Source: Chthoniobacteraceae bacterium (GTDB taxonomy: Bacteria > Verrucomicrobiota > Verrucomicrobiia > Chthoniobacterales > Chthoniobacteraceae). From it: a stretch of DNA of 64,000 nucleotides. Numbering within the stretch: position 1 is the first letter of the stretch; every line of letters starts with the position of its first letter. The DNA lies in NCBI GenBank assembly GCA_037190965.1, contig JBBCKI010000071.1, positions 1 through 64,000 on the forward strand. Direction: 5' to 3'. The notes under the pieces are model-generated. The model was given only the letters and a program-made list of their open reading frames with translations, was not told the origin of the DNA and did no database searches. The position numbers and the translations under genes are program-made. Shown one piece after another: positions 56,233 to 64,000 of this stretch.

Positions 56233-57723
56233 TCAGGCTTTTGGGTTCAGGGTGCGGAAGGCTTCGTAGGCTTTCTCCCACGCACCCGCGGGATCGACCG
56301 GCTTGAAGACTTCGACGGCGAACGAATCGCGCACCGTCTGGCGCAGGGCGGCGTGCGAAGGGAGGTGCCCCAGCGCGAGCGCCTGGATGAGAACGTTGCC
56401 GATGGCGGTGGCCTCGACGGGCCCCGCGAAGACCGTCAGGCGGGAGGCGTCTGCGGCGAACTGGTTGAGCAGGCGGTTTTTCGAGCCGCCGCCGACGATG
56501 TAGAGCGTCTGGAGCTTGCGGCCGGTGAGGGCGCGCAGCGCTTCGAGGTTCTGCCGGTAAAGCAGGGCGAGGCTTTCGAGGATGCAGCGGACGTAATCGC
56601 CGGGAAGATGCGGGGCGACCTGGCCGGTCTCCTCACAAAAGGTGCGGACTTTCTCCAACATATTACCGGCCTTGAGGAACCGGGGATCGTTCGGGTCGAT
56701 GATCGAGCGGAGCGGTTCGGCATCTTCGGCAAACTGGGTGAGCTGGTCGTAGTTGAACTCGCGGCCCGCGTCGGCCCAGGCGCGGCGGCATTCCTGGAGA
56801 ATCCAGAGGCCGGCGGTGTTCTTCAGAAACCGGGTGGTTCCCGCGAGACCGGCTTCGTTCGTGAAGTTAGCAGCGAGCACTTTGCTGTTGATGAGCGGCT
56901 CGGGCAGTTCAACCCCGAGTAGCGACCAGGTGCCGGAACTCAGGTAGGCCCAATCGCCATTGTCGTCCTCGGCGGGGACTGCGGCCACGGCGCACCCGGT
57001 ATCGTGCGAGCAGGTGGCGACGACGCGGGTGTTCTTGAGACCCGTTTCGGCTTCGATCTCCGGTTGCAGTGGCGCGAGCGGCGTCCCGGAGGGGACGATT
57101 TCGGGAAAGATCTTTCCCGGGAGGTCGAAGAGGTTGATGAGTTCGCGGGACCAGCCCCGCTGGCGGGGGTTGTAGATTTGCGTGGTGCTGGCGAGGCTTT
57201 CTTCCGCGCGTGGCGTGCCGCTGAAGAGGTAGTTCAGATAATCGCCGATGTTCAGGAACTGATCCGCCGCCGCGAGCGCGTCCGCGTTTTTCTCCGCGTC
57301 GGCCACAAACTGGTAGAGCGTGTTGATGCTCATGAACTGGATCCCCGTCTGCTCGAAGATCGTCTCCGGCCCGGCTTTTTTGAGCGCGCGCTCGTAGGGG
57401 GCGTCGGTTCGCGGGTCGCGGTAGTGGTAAGGAAGGGCGAGTTGCGGCTCGCCCTCGCGGAAGAGGACGTAATCGACGCCCCAGGAATCGACGCTCAGGC
57501 TTGCGGTCCCGTCGGCATCGACGAGGGCGGCGGCTTTCTTCAGGCCTTTTTTGAGTTCCTCGAAGATCCCATGCACGTTCCACCGCATTGTGCCCATGAC
57601 GCGGGTGGCTCCATTGGAAAAACGGTGGATTTCTTCGAGCTCCAGCCGTCCATCTTCGAGCCGTCCAAGGATAACGCGGCCGCTTTCGGCACCAAGGTCG
57701 CAGGCGATATAAGTGTGAGACAT
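56233..57723 (-). CDS. rhaB: Rhamnulokinase
   Basis: DLGAESGR, DSWGVDY, YRDPRT, INTLYQ, HDTGCAV, LSSGTWSL, VGGGSKN, GPVEATAIGN. Confidence 0.93.
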   Translation of the reverse strand: MSHTYIACDLGAESGRVILGRLEDGRLELEEIHRFSNGATRVMGTMRWNVHGIFEELKKGLKKAAALVDADGTASLSVDSWGVDYVLFREGEPQLALPYHYRDPRTDAPYERALKKAGPETIFEQTGIQFMSINTLYQFVADAEKNADALAAADQFLNIGDYLNYLFSGTPRAEESLASTTQIYNPRQRGWSRELINLFDLPGKIFPEIVPSGTPLAPLQPEIEAETGLKNTRVVATCSHDTGCAVAAVPAEDDNGDWAYLSSGTWSLLGVELPEPLINSKVLAANFTNEAGLAGTTRFLKNTAGLWILQECRRAWADAGREFNYDQLTQFAEDAEPLRSIIDPNDPRFLKAGNMLEKVRTFCEETGQVAPHLPGDYVRCILESLALLYRQNLEALRALTGRKLQTLYIVGGGSKNRLLNQFAADASRLTVFAGPVEATAIGNVLIQALALGHLPSHAALRQTVRDSFAVEVFKPVDPAGAWEKAYEAFRTLNPKA

Positions 57724-57725
57724 GG

Positions 57726-58502
57726 TTATGAGGGTTTGGGAGAATGCAGGCGCGCGGGGATGCCGTGGGTGGTGAGGGTGTCGGGTGAGGCGTCGCTCAG
57801 GAAAAACTTCACCGGTTTCCACGCGGTCAGAAAGGAGGGGGCGATGCGGCCCAGCTTGGAGCCGTCCACGCAGAAGGCGGTGGTCTCGGCGCAGGCGATC
57901 ACCCATCGCTGGAAGGCGGTGATGTCATCCTGCGAATTCCAGAGCCCGGCGGAATCCGCTCCTTCCGCGCCAAGGAACGCAAGGTCGATCTGGTAGGAGC
58001 CTAGCGAGGCCAGCGCCGCTTTGCCTGCAAGGGTCGATTGGCGCGGGAGCAGTTCCCCGCCCAGAAGATGGACGCGGACCCCGGGCGAGGGGGCGAGCAG
58101 TTCCGCGACCGGGAGGTTGTTGGTGACGACTTCCAGCGAGGGAAGCGGCTCATGCACCAACGCCTTGGCGAGCGTGTAGATCGTGGTGCCTGCGTCGAGA
58201 AAGAGGGTGCTGCCTGGGCGGATGAGCGCTCGCGCCGCCTTGGCGATGGTGGCTTTTGCCTCGGCCGCATGCTGCTGGCGTTCGTGGAAAGAGGCAAACC
58301 GCCGGTTGTAGTCGGCCAGCGCGCCGCCATAGGTGCGGACGATCTGCCTTTCCGCCTCGAGCACCGCGAGATCCCGCCGTGCCGTCGCCTCGGAAATGCT
58401 GAAACGGGCGCAGATTTCCTGAAGCGAAACATGGCCATGCTGCTGCATCCACTCCGCGAGTTGCTGGCGGCGTGCGTTGACGAGATGCAGAGGAACCTTC
58501 AT
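57726..58502 (-). CDS. DeoR/GlpR family regulator (probable rhamnose regulator)
   Basis: SEATARRDL, RTYGGA, FLDAGTT, VVTNNL. Confidence 0.93.
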   Translation of the reverse strand: MKVPLHLVNARRQQLAEWMQQHGHVSLQEICARFSISEATARRDLAVLEAERQIVRTYGGALADYNRRFASFHERQQHAAEAKATIAKAARALIRPGSTLFLDAGTTIYTLAKALVHEPLPSLEVVTNNLPVAELLAPSPGVRVHLLGGELLPRQSTLAGKAALASLGSYQIDLAFLGAEGADSAGLWNSQDDITAFQRWVIACAETTAFCVDGSKLGRIAPSFLTAWKPVKFFLSDASPDTLTTHGIPARLHSPKPS

Positions 58503-58512
58503 CGAAGTGCGA

Positions 58513-58553
58513 AAGTTATCGGCGTTATATGATTGAAGTCAATCATATAACGC
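58513..58553 (-). promoter_or_regulatory. Perfect 15-bp inverted-repeat operator over a sigma70-like promoter of the rhamnose operon
   Basis: GCGTTATATGATTGA-AG-TCAATCATATAACGC (58522-58553); the minus strand has TTGACT-N18-TAACTT. Confidence 0.8.
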
Positions 58554-58576
58554 GTGCCGAAGATCCACCAAACATA

Positions 58577-58748
58577 CAAGGTAGTCCGCTCTCGCCGAGA
58601 GCGCGGGACATGACGAAGCTGCGCGTTTGGCGTTCATCCCTGCAGGATGCGGCTTGTGAGCGGTTGGATCGGGATGTGGCTTTGAGGGAGGAGCGGGCGT
58701 CGATACCTGCGCTCGGCGGCGCGAGCGGGCGACCGGTGCTGCCGCACC
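58577..58748 (+). repeat. REP doublet family A, copy 8
   Basis: CAAGGTAGTCCGCTCTCGCCGAGAGCGCGGG ... GCGCTCGGCGGCGCGAGCGGGCGACCGGTGCTGCCGCACC. Confidence 0.9.
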
Positions 58749-58826
58749 TTTCCGGCGTCGATCCGCCGGTTTTTTTCTTCTCTTTTCGGCCCTTTCCCGG
58801 CGGTATTTCAGGGGCATCCCTTGCTT

Positions 58827-59591
58827 ATGAACCTCTACGAAACCGACCGCCTTCTCTCCGAGTATCTCCTCTTTCACTACGGTGCTCCCGAGGAGGTACT
58901 GCCGTGGGAGTTTGGCCCACGCTCGGCGCTCGGGTTTGCGGTGCGCGCCGTATCGGAAACTTTTGAGGAGGATCAGCCGCTGGATGAAGGTCGCGCGCTC
59001 GATCTTGGGTGCGCCGTGGGGCGCTCTTCTTTCGAGTTGGCGCGGCATTGCGGAGAGGTGATCGGCATTGATTTTTCCCACCGCTTTGTCGAAGCCGCCG
59101 GGGGATTGCAGCGGAAGGGCGCTCTCGACTACGACCGTGCTGACGAAGGGACGCTCACCACGCGTCTTGTGGCGCGGGTGCCGTCGGAGATCGACCGTTC
59201 GCGCGTCCGTTTTGAAACCGGGGATGCGATGGCGCTCCGCGAAGGGTTGGGGGTATTCGACCGGGTGCTGGCGGCGAACCTGCTTTGCCGGTTAAGCGAA
59301 CCCCGGCGTTGCCTGGAGCGATTTGCGGGGCTCGTCCGGCCCGGCGGTCAGTTGGTCATCACCACGCCGGGGACGTGGATGGATGAGTTCACGCCCCGCG
59401 ACCATTGGCTGGGGGGCGTTGAGCGGGCGGGAGTGCGCGTGACGACGCTCGCGTCGCTTCGCGAGGCGCTGGAGCCTGCCTTCGAATTGCGCCGGACGAG
59501 CGATCTCCCGTTTCTAATCCGGGAGCATGCCCGGAAATTTCAGTGGAGCGTGGCGCAGGCAAGTGTCTGGCGGAGAAAACTGAAGCCCTAG
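58827..59591 (+). CDS. Stand-alone OvoA C-terminal-like methyltransferase (putative 4-mercaptohistidine N1-methyltransferase)
   Basis: YETDRLLSEYLLFHYG, ALDLGCAVGRSSFELA, GIDFS..F, ANLLCRL, PFLIREHARKFQW. Confidence 0.85.
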   Translation: MNLYETDRLLSEYLLFHYGAPEEVLPWEFGPRSALGFAVRAVSETFEEDQPLDEGRALDLGCAVGRSSFELARHCGEVIGIDFSHRFVEAAGGLQRKGALDYDRADEGTLTTRLVARVPSEIDRSRVRFETGDAMALREGLGVFDRVLAANLLCRLSEPRRCLERFAGLVRPGGQLVITTPGTWMDEFTPRDHWLGGVERAGVRVTTLASLREALEPAFELRRTSDLPFLIREHARKFQWSVAQASVWRRKLKP

Positions 59592-59633
59592 GTCTTTCCT
59601 TGCATTTCGGGCTTCGGCCCCGTCAACCGGTTC

Positions 59634-59993
59634 TCATGGGTTTGCTTTAGGACTGATTGTAAACTCGGGGTTCCAGGTGGAAGGGTCGTTCGGTTGAAAC
59701 CCTGTCGAACCCTGGACTTTGGATTTTGGGAAGGCGTGATATCGGATGCCTTTGGTCTCTGAATAGGCGTAGTAGTAATCGCTGTCTTCGGCATGTAGCC
59801 ACCACTCGCCCGATCCATGATTCATCTCAGTGACTTCGAAGGTTAGTAAACTCGACTCATCGGGTATCTCATATCCTCGCCCGGTCACCACGTTCCACGC
59901 ATTTGCGAGGAGGGGAGTGAAAATAGAAACTCCCATGACTGAAGCGAGCAAAATGACGAACATGCTCCAGCAAATCAGTTTACGTGATTTCAT
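59634..59993 (-). CDS. Hypothetical membrane-anchored protein
   Basis: N-terminal TM; GY.IPDES, GSGEWWL.AED..YYY; lower GC than flanks. Confidence 0.65.
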   Translation of the reverse strand: MKSRKLICWSMFVILLASVMGVSIFTPLLANAWNVVTGRGYEIPDESSLLTFEVTEMNHGSGEWWLHAEDSDYYYAYSETKGIRYHAFPKSKVQGSTGFQPNDPSTWNPEFTISPKANP

Positions 59994-60009
59994 CGAATTC
60001 CTTTATTCT

Positions 60010-60645
60010 CTAGGCGTACGCTTCGAGCCAGTGGCCCCGCTCGCCCCAAAAAATGCACCACCGCCCGGCTGCCTGGACAACATCGAGATGAAATTCCGTG
60101 GAGTCAGGATCTTCGGCGATGTGAGTGGTGTTTAAATCAATGTTGTGTGCGGCGGCGAAAGCGGTCGCCTGCTGGAGCAGGTCGCGCCCATATGCGATGG
60201 TGTCGAATGGAAGTTTGGATTGGTAGGCACTTTTTAGCGCCTGCTCGCCGATGATGTCGGTGCAGTCGCGCAAAAATTGTCCGCGGAAGGCAAACGTTTC
60301 AACATAGCCGCCGGGGCTGCCGTTGGTGTAGCGGGGCACGCCATCGCAGGGCGAAACAAGGGCAAGTGCGCGAAAACCCGTCATCCCGGCGAGGAATTGT
60401 TCCTTGGTCAGCGACTTATTCACGCGTTTGTCGAATTGCTGGCGCGCCCACTCGGTAGCCGCTTCGTCGGTGCCCACGGTCGGCACGTTCAGCGTTTCGA
60501 ATGCGGTGAGCGTAATCGCACGGAATTGGCGAACTTTGGCATTGCGGCCCCAGCACCACGTCGAGTGGAGCTTGCGCCAGAGTTCCTCGAAATCTGCTTC
60601 AAAGCCGGGTTTGGCTTTTGGTCCGGGATTCCAGTCTAGGCCCAT
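60010..60645 (-). CDS. Hypothetical protein
   Basis: 211-aa ORF, aromatic-rich, co-oriented with 59634-59993. Confidence 0.65.
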   Translation of the reverse strand: MGLDWNPGPKAKPGFEADFEELWRKLHSTWCWGRNAKVRQFRAITLTAFETLNVPTVGTDEAATEWARQQFDKRVNKSLTKEQFLAGMTGFRALALVSPCDGVPRYTNGSPGGYVETFAFRGQFLRDCTDIIGEQALKSAYQSKLPFDTIAYGRDLLQQATAFAAAHNIDLNTTHIAEDPDSTEFHLDVVQAAGRWCIFWGERGHWLEAYA

Positions 60646-60698
60646 AAGTGTCGAAGGCGTCCCTGAACGATTTATTCGCTCCTACGAAACAAGCTCGA

Positions 60699-61454
60699 CT
60701 AAAGTTTCTTCAGTGCTTTCTCCGCCCGTTCCTTCATCAGGGGATCGGACTTTCCGGGGTTGGGCATTCCGATCGCCTTTTTGAGCATGGCCCGCGCTTC
60801 GGCGGTCTTGCCCATCGCGGCGTAGACTCTTCCCAGTTCCACGAAGTAGGCGGGGCGCTCGGCGTTCAGTGCGATCGCCTTCTTCAAGCAACGCTCCGCT
60901 TCCTCGTTGGAGGCGGCGGAAACACCGCTGTACATCCATTTTGCCATCGTCCGCTGGAAGGAGGTAAGGTTGGCCAGCTCCAGATTCCAGACGCCAAGGA
61001 CGTAGCAGGCAAGGTCGTTGTCGGGCTGGAGTTTCAGCGCCTTCCTGGCGTGCGCTTCGATCTGCTGGGAGTAGGCCACCTTCGTGCGGGTGTCGGCGAA
61101 TTTGGCGAGGCGTCCGTAGCAGATGGCGACGAGCGTTTCCGCCATGGAGTTTTTCGGGTCGAGTGTGACGGCCCGCTCCGCATAGGCGAGCGCGGAGCGG
61201 CAAAGCGTTCGCTTGGTCTCCTTTGCGGAGGTGTCGGCCATGGAGTCGTGGTACTGCTTGGAAATCCGGCAGAGGAGTTCGGCGTTTTGTGGCTGGAGTT
61301 TTTCCGCTTCGCGGTAGCAGGCCAGGGCGCGGTCGCTCTGCCCGAGCGCGTCGAAGGCGTTCCCCTTGCTGAGCCACGAGTCGAAGTCGTCGGTGGCAAA
61401 CAGGCCGCCGGGCAGGAGCATCACGAAAAGAAGAATTCGAAGGCGAAGAGTCAC
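60699..61454 (-). CDS. Secreted TPR-repeat protein (RMD1-like)
   Basis: Signal peptide; repeated A..L.P.N helical motifs. Confidence 0.85.
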   Translation of the reverse strand: MTLRLRILLFVMLLPGGLFATDDFDSWLSKGNAFDALGQSDRALACYREAEKLQPQNAELLCRISKQYHDSMADTSAKETKRTLCRSALAYAERAVTLDPKNSMAETLVAICYGRLAKFADTRTKVAYSQQIEAHARKALKLQPDNDLACYVLGVWNLELANLTSFQRTMAKWMYSGVSAASNEEAERCLKKAIALNAERPAYFVELGRVYAAMGKTAEARAMLKKAIGMPNPGKSDPLMKERAEKALKKL

Positions 61455-61470
61455 GGGAGAGTTGGGTTTT

Positions 61471-61626
61471 TAGAGCGGTTCACTTAATTGCTTTGCGGCG
61501 GCGTGGGCCGTTGCGCGGCCCCTCAAACTCGGGCAGTATGAAAATACAGCCGCATCGCTTGAAAGACCGCGCACCAACCCGCGGCGCTCGCAAATCAACG
61601 GCCACATCTTTAAGTAAACCGCTCTA
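61471..61626. mobile_element. MITE-like element with 17-bp terminal inverted repeats and TA ends
   Basis: TAGAGCGGTTCACTTAA ... TTAAGTAAACCGCTCTA (1 mismatch); the right end supplies the GT2 stop codon. Confidence 0.75.
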
Positions 61627-62460
61627 GCGAGCCCAGGGATGGCGGTAGCCGGGCTTTTCACATCGGAACTGCTGGCGCTCCAGGGCGTCTGGAGAGGGGT
61701 AAATGGCATAATCAATCGGTCCGCTCGAATAACCGCCTGCGAGGAATTTTTCCAGATGCCGAAATCGGCGCAACACCGGGGCGGCGCACCGCGCCCACGC
61801 TGGAGTGATGGCGCGGAGCCGGCGCAGTTCTTCGGTGGGCTCGGCACGAAGGCTCTGGTTGTCGTCAAGGATGGTGAAGGTGGAGAAATATTGCCGCACG
61901 TAGCGGATCCGCAGGCCGCTCCGGAGCAGACGCGCCATCCAGTCGGCATCGCCCGCGGCCCGGTACTCCGGGTCGAAGCGGATTCCTCGCTTCAGAAGGG
62001 AACTGCGAAAAAAGAGGGCGCAGGTAAAGTCGTAGAGGTGATCGGTGAGGATCATCGAGGGGCGCAACGGGGTGGATCGCCGGAAGGCGAGCAGGTTGCA
62101 GTGTTCATCCACCAGGAGGCTGTCTCCGACGACGAGATCGGTTTCCGGGTGGGTTTCAAACTCCCGGTGCACACGCTCGAGCGTCCCGGGGAGATATTGT
62201 TCATCGCAATTGAGGATGGCGAAGAGGTCGCCGGTGACTCTGGCCAGGGCGCGGTTGAGGGCTTCGTACATCCCTCGGTCGGGCAGGACGCAAAGCCGGG
62301 CGTCTGTCTCCCAGCGGACCCAGTGTTCCAGGTCGAAGCCCGAGTTTCCGTCCTGGATGAGGTGCTCCACTTCCACCCCTTTTTGGTCGGCTACGGAGCG
62401 GATCGCGCGCTTGAGCCAGGGCAATTGTTTGAAGCTGGCGGTGAGAATCGAAAATTTCAT
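61624..62460 (-). CDS. Glycosyltransferase family 2
   Basis: FSILTASF, SVADQ, QDGNS, DRGMYEALN, LNCDEQY. Confidence 0.92.
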   Translation of the reverse strand: MKFSILTASFKQLPWLKRAIRSVADQKGVEVEHLIQDGNSGFDLEHWVRWETDARLCVLPDRGMYEALNRALARVTGDLFAILNCDEQYLPGTLERVHREFETHPETDLVVGDSLLVDEHCNLLAFRRSTPLRPSMILTDHLYDFTCALFFRSSLLKRGIRFDPEYRAAGDADWMARLLRSGLRIRYVRQYFSTFTILDDNQSLRAEPTEELRRLRAITPAWARCAAPVLRRFRHLEKFLAGGYSSGPIDYAIYPSPDALERQQFRCEKPGYRHPWAR

Positions 62461-62567
62461 GATTGCCAAAAGGCGTAAGAAGGCGCGAAAACCTCCGTGA
62501 TATTACTTGGCTTGGACCGTCCGGCAAGGATGTTGGGATGCCCCGAGCGATTGCTTGATCGAAATGG

Positions 62568-63881
62568 GTGAATGCTTATAGTTGCGTCCCCCCCGCGAGG
62601 CGCGGCGTGGTTGTCAGTTTTTTAATCAGAGTGAACGATAAAGATCGAAAAGAGGGTCGGGGGGACCAACCTGTAGAGACGCGTGTCAAGAGTGCGCCTG
62701 TCAAACTGCTGGTGTTCGCGCATACACCCCCTCCTCACCATGGCCAGAGTTACATGGTTCAACTGATGTTGGAGGGCTTCGGTGGGGATGTCCGGGCAGG
62801 AGGGGTGGCGAACGACAGGCATAAAATCGCCTGTTACCACGTCAATTGCCAGATCTCCTCGGGGATGGAGGACATCGGCTCCATGCGCTTTGGCAAGCTG
62901 TTCCGGTTGTTTCGGTATTGCCTGGAGGCCATTTGGTGCCGGTATCGACACGGCGTTTCGACGTTTTACTACATTCCGGCCCCGGGCAAGCGTGCCGCCA
63001 TTTATCGGGACTGGATGGTGCTTCTTCTTTGCCGTCCGTTTTTCAAGAAATTCATTCTTCATTGGCACGCCGCCGGATTGGGGGATTGGCTCTCGCGTAA
63101 TGGGCACTGGGCCGAAAAGTGGCTCACGGTGCGTCTTTTCGAACGCGCGCACCTTTCGATGGCGCTGGCGACGGTCGGCATGCGCGACGGGCTCTGGTTT
63201 CGCTCGGACCGGATGGAGATCGTCCCCAATGGAATTCCCGATCCGTGTCCTGATTTTGCGGAGAGGGTGCTTCCGCGGCGTCGGGCCCGGCTCGAGGCGC
63301 GTTGCCGGTGGCTGGAGGGGAAAAATGACGTCGAAGAGCCGGTTTACCAGTTGCTCTTTTTGGCCCATTGCACCCGGGACAAGGGGGTGTTCGACGCACT
63401 GGAAGGGGTGGCTCTTTATAACGCGGGCAAGCCTCGGCTGCGGGCTCACTTGACGGTGGCGGGGGCCTTTCTGGATGAGCAGGAGGAGCGCGATTTTCGT
63501 GAGCGGATTGCCAAGCCCGATCTGGCCGCTTGTGTGACCTATGTGGGGTTTGCGGGAGGCGCGGAAAAGACGCGCCTTTTTGAGGAGAGCGACTGTCTCT
63601 GCTTTCCCACTTACTATCATGCCGAAAGCTTCGGCCTGGTAATTCTGGAGGCGATGGCATTTGGGATGCCCTCGCTCACGACCCGTTGGCGCGCGATTCC
63701 TGAATTGTTGCCCGAGGGGTATCCCGTCTACGTTCCTCCGCGTGCGCCGGAGAAGGTGGCGGAAATGTTGAACACCCTGCCGTCGCTCGATCTCTCCGAA
63801 GCGATGCGGAGGGCTTATCTGGAGAAATTCACGATCCCGAAGCATCTCGAAGCGCTCGCCAAGGCAATCAGGGGCGCTTGA
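62568..63881 (+). CDS. Glycosyltransferase family 4 (true start probably near 62700)
   Basis: PPPHHGQ, VPNGI, DKGVFD, ESFGLVILEAMAFG. Confidence 0.92.
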   Translation: MNAYSCVPPARRGVVVSFLIRVNDKDRKEGRGDQPVETRVKSAPVKLLVFAHTPPPHHGQSYMVQLMLEGFGGDVRAGGVANDRHKIACYHVNCQISSGMEDIGSMRFGKLFRLFRYCLEAIWCRYRHGVSTFYYIPAPGKRAAIYRDWMVLLLCRPFFKKFILHWHAAGLGDWLSRNGHWAEKWLTVRLFERAHLSMALATVGMRDGLWFRSDRMEIVPNGIPDPCPDFAERVLPRRRARLEARCRWLEGKNDVEEPVYQLLFLAHCTRDKGVFDALEGVALYNAGKPRLRAHLTVAGAFLDEQEERDFRERIAKPDLAACVTYVGFAGGAEKTRLFEESDCLCFPTYYHAESFGLVILEAMAFGMPSLTTRWRAIPELLPEGYPVYVPPRAPEKVAEMLNTLPSLDLSEAMRRAYLEKFTIPKHLEALAKAIRGA

Positions 63882-63895
63882 GGCCGAACTCTGAC

Positions 63896-64000
63896 GTTTC
63901 CTCGTTACCAATCTCCAGATTGGTAATGCCCCTGTCCCCGAATCTCTGATTCGAAAGCCTCATCATCTCGTCCAGCGTGCCGGAATGGACAGGGTTGCGA
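63896..64000 (+). repeat. REP-doublet family C, copy 2 (truncated by the window edge)
   Basis: CTCGTTACCAATCTCCAGATTGGTAATGCC..TGTCCCCGAATCTCTGATTCG; matches the reverse complement of about 166-270. Confidence 0.85.

Noticed and set aside
2297..58748. Family A repeats as a CRISPR array or integron attC sites
   Set aside because: Dispersed rather than tandem, no cas or intI genes, and no GTTRRRY cores or cassette organisation
130..64000. Inverted family C copies at both window ends, as if they were TIRs of a 64-kb mobile element
   Set aside because: The interior is core housekeeping genes and the repeats are dispersed REP-type elements, so the position is most likely coincidental

Overview
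GC-rich bacterial chromosomal segment. The gene content (three PEP-CTERM proteins, prepilin-type N-methylation proteins, an orphan RelE-like gene) suggests Verrucomicrobiota, probably Chthoniobacterales-like; this is an inference. Most of the window is housekeeping: fabI, xerC, recO, hisF, adk, fmt, ppc, purN, mnmA, recG, gluQ, yajQ, folB, mgtE, a 2-oxoacid dehydrogenase E1/E2 operon and rhamnose catabolism genes. Features absent from the ORF track include an SRP (4.5S) RNA at 12371-12468 (-), a 57-aa lipoprotein, and a dense set of dispersed palindromic elements: 8 GTAG-type REP doublets, 3 CGTC-type doublets, a third REP family with one copy apparently split by an IS end, and TAGAGC..GCTCTA MITE-like elements that supply stop codons. 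The best candidate for an undescribed system is a four-gene operon at 19226-22706 (-). It encodes a His-rich PEP-CTERM surface protein, a His-rich pilin-like protein, a COG0523 zinc-chaperone GTPase and a Fur/Zur regulator, preceded by tandem TGCAA-N5-TTGCA boxes. It looks like a surface zinc-capture module with no local ABC or TonB transporter. Other candidates are a membrane-anchored polymorphic-toxin-like nuclease coupled to a CPCC protein, a DUF4912-like protein with Trp/Ser repeats, a 15-bp perfect operator before the rhamnose genes, and a stand-alone OvoA-type methyltransferase. All functional calls come from motif recognition; no database search was run.
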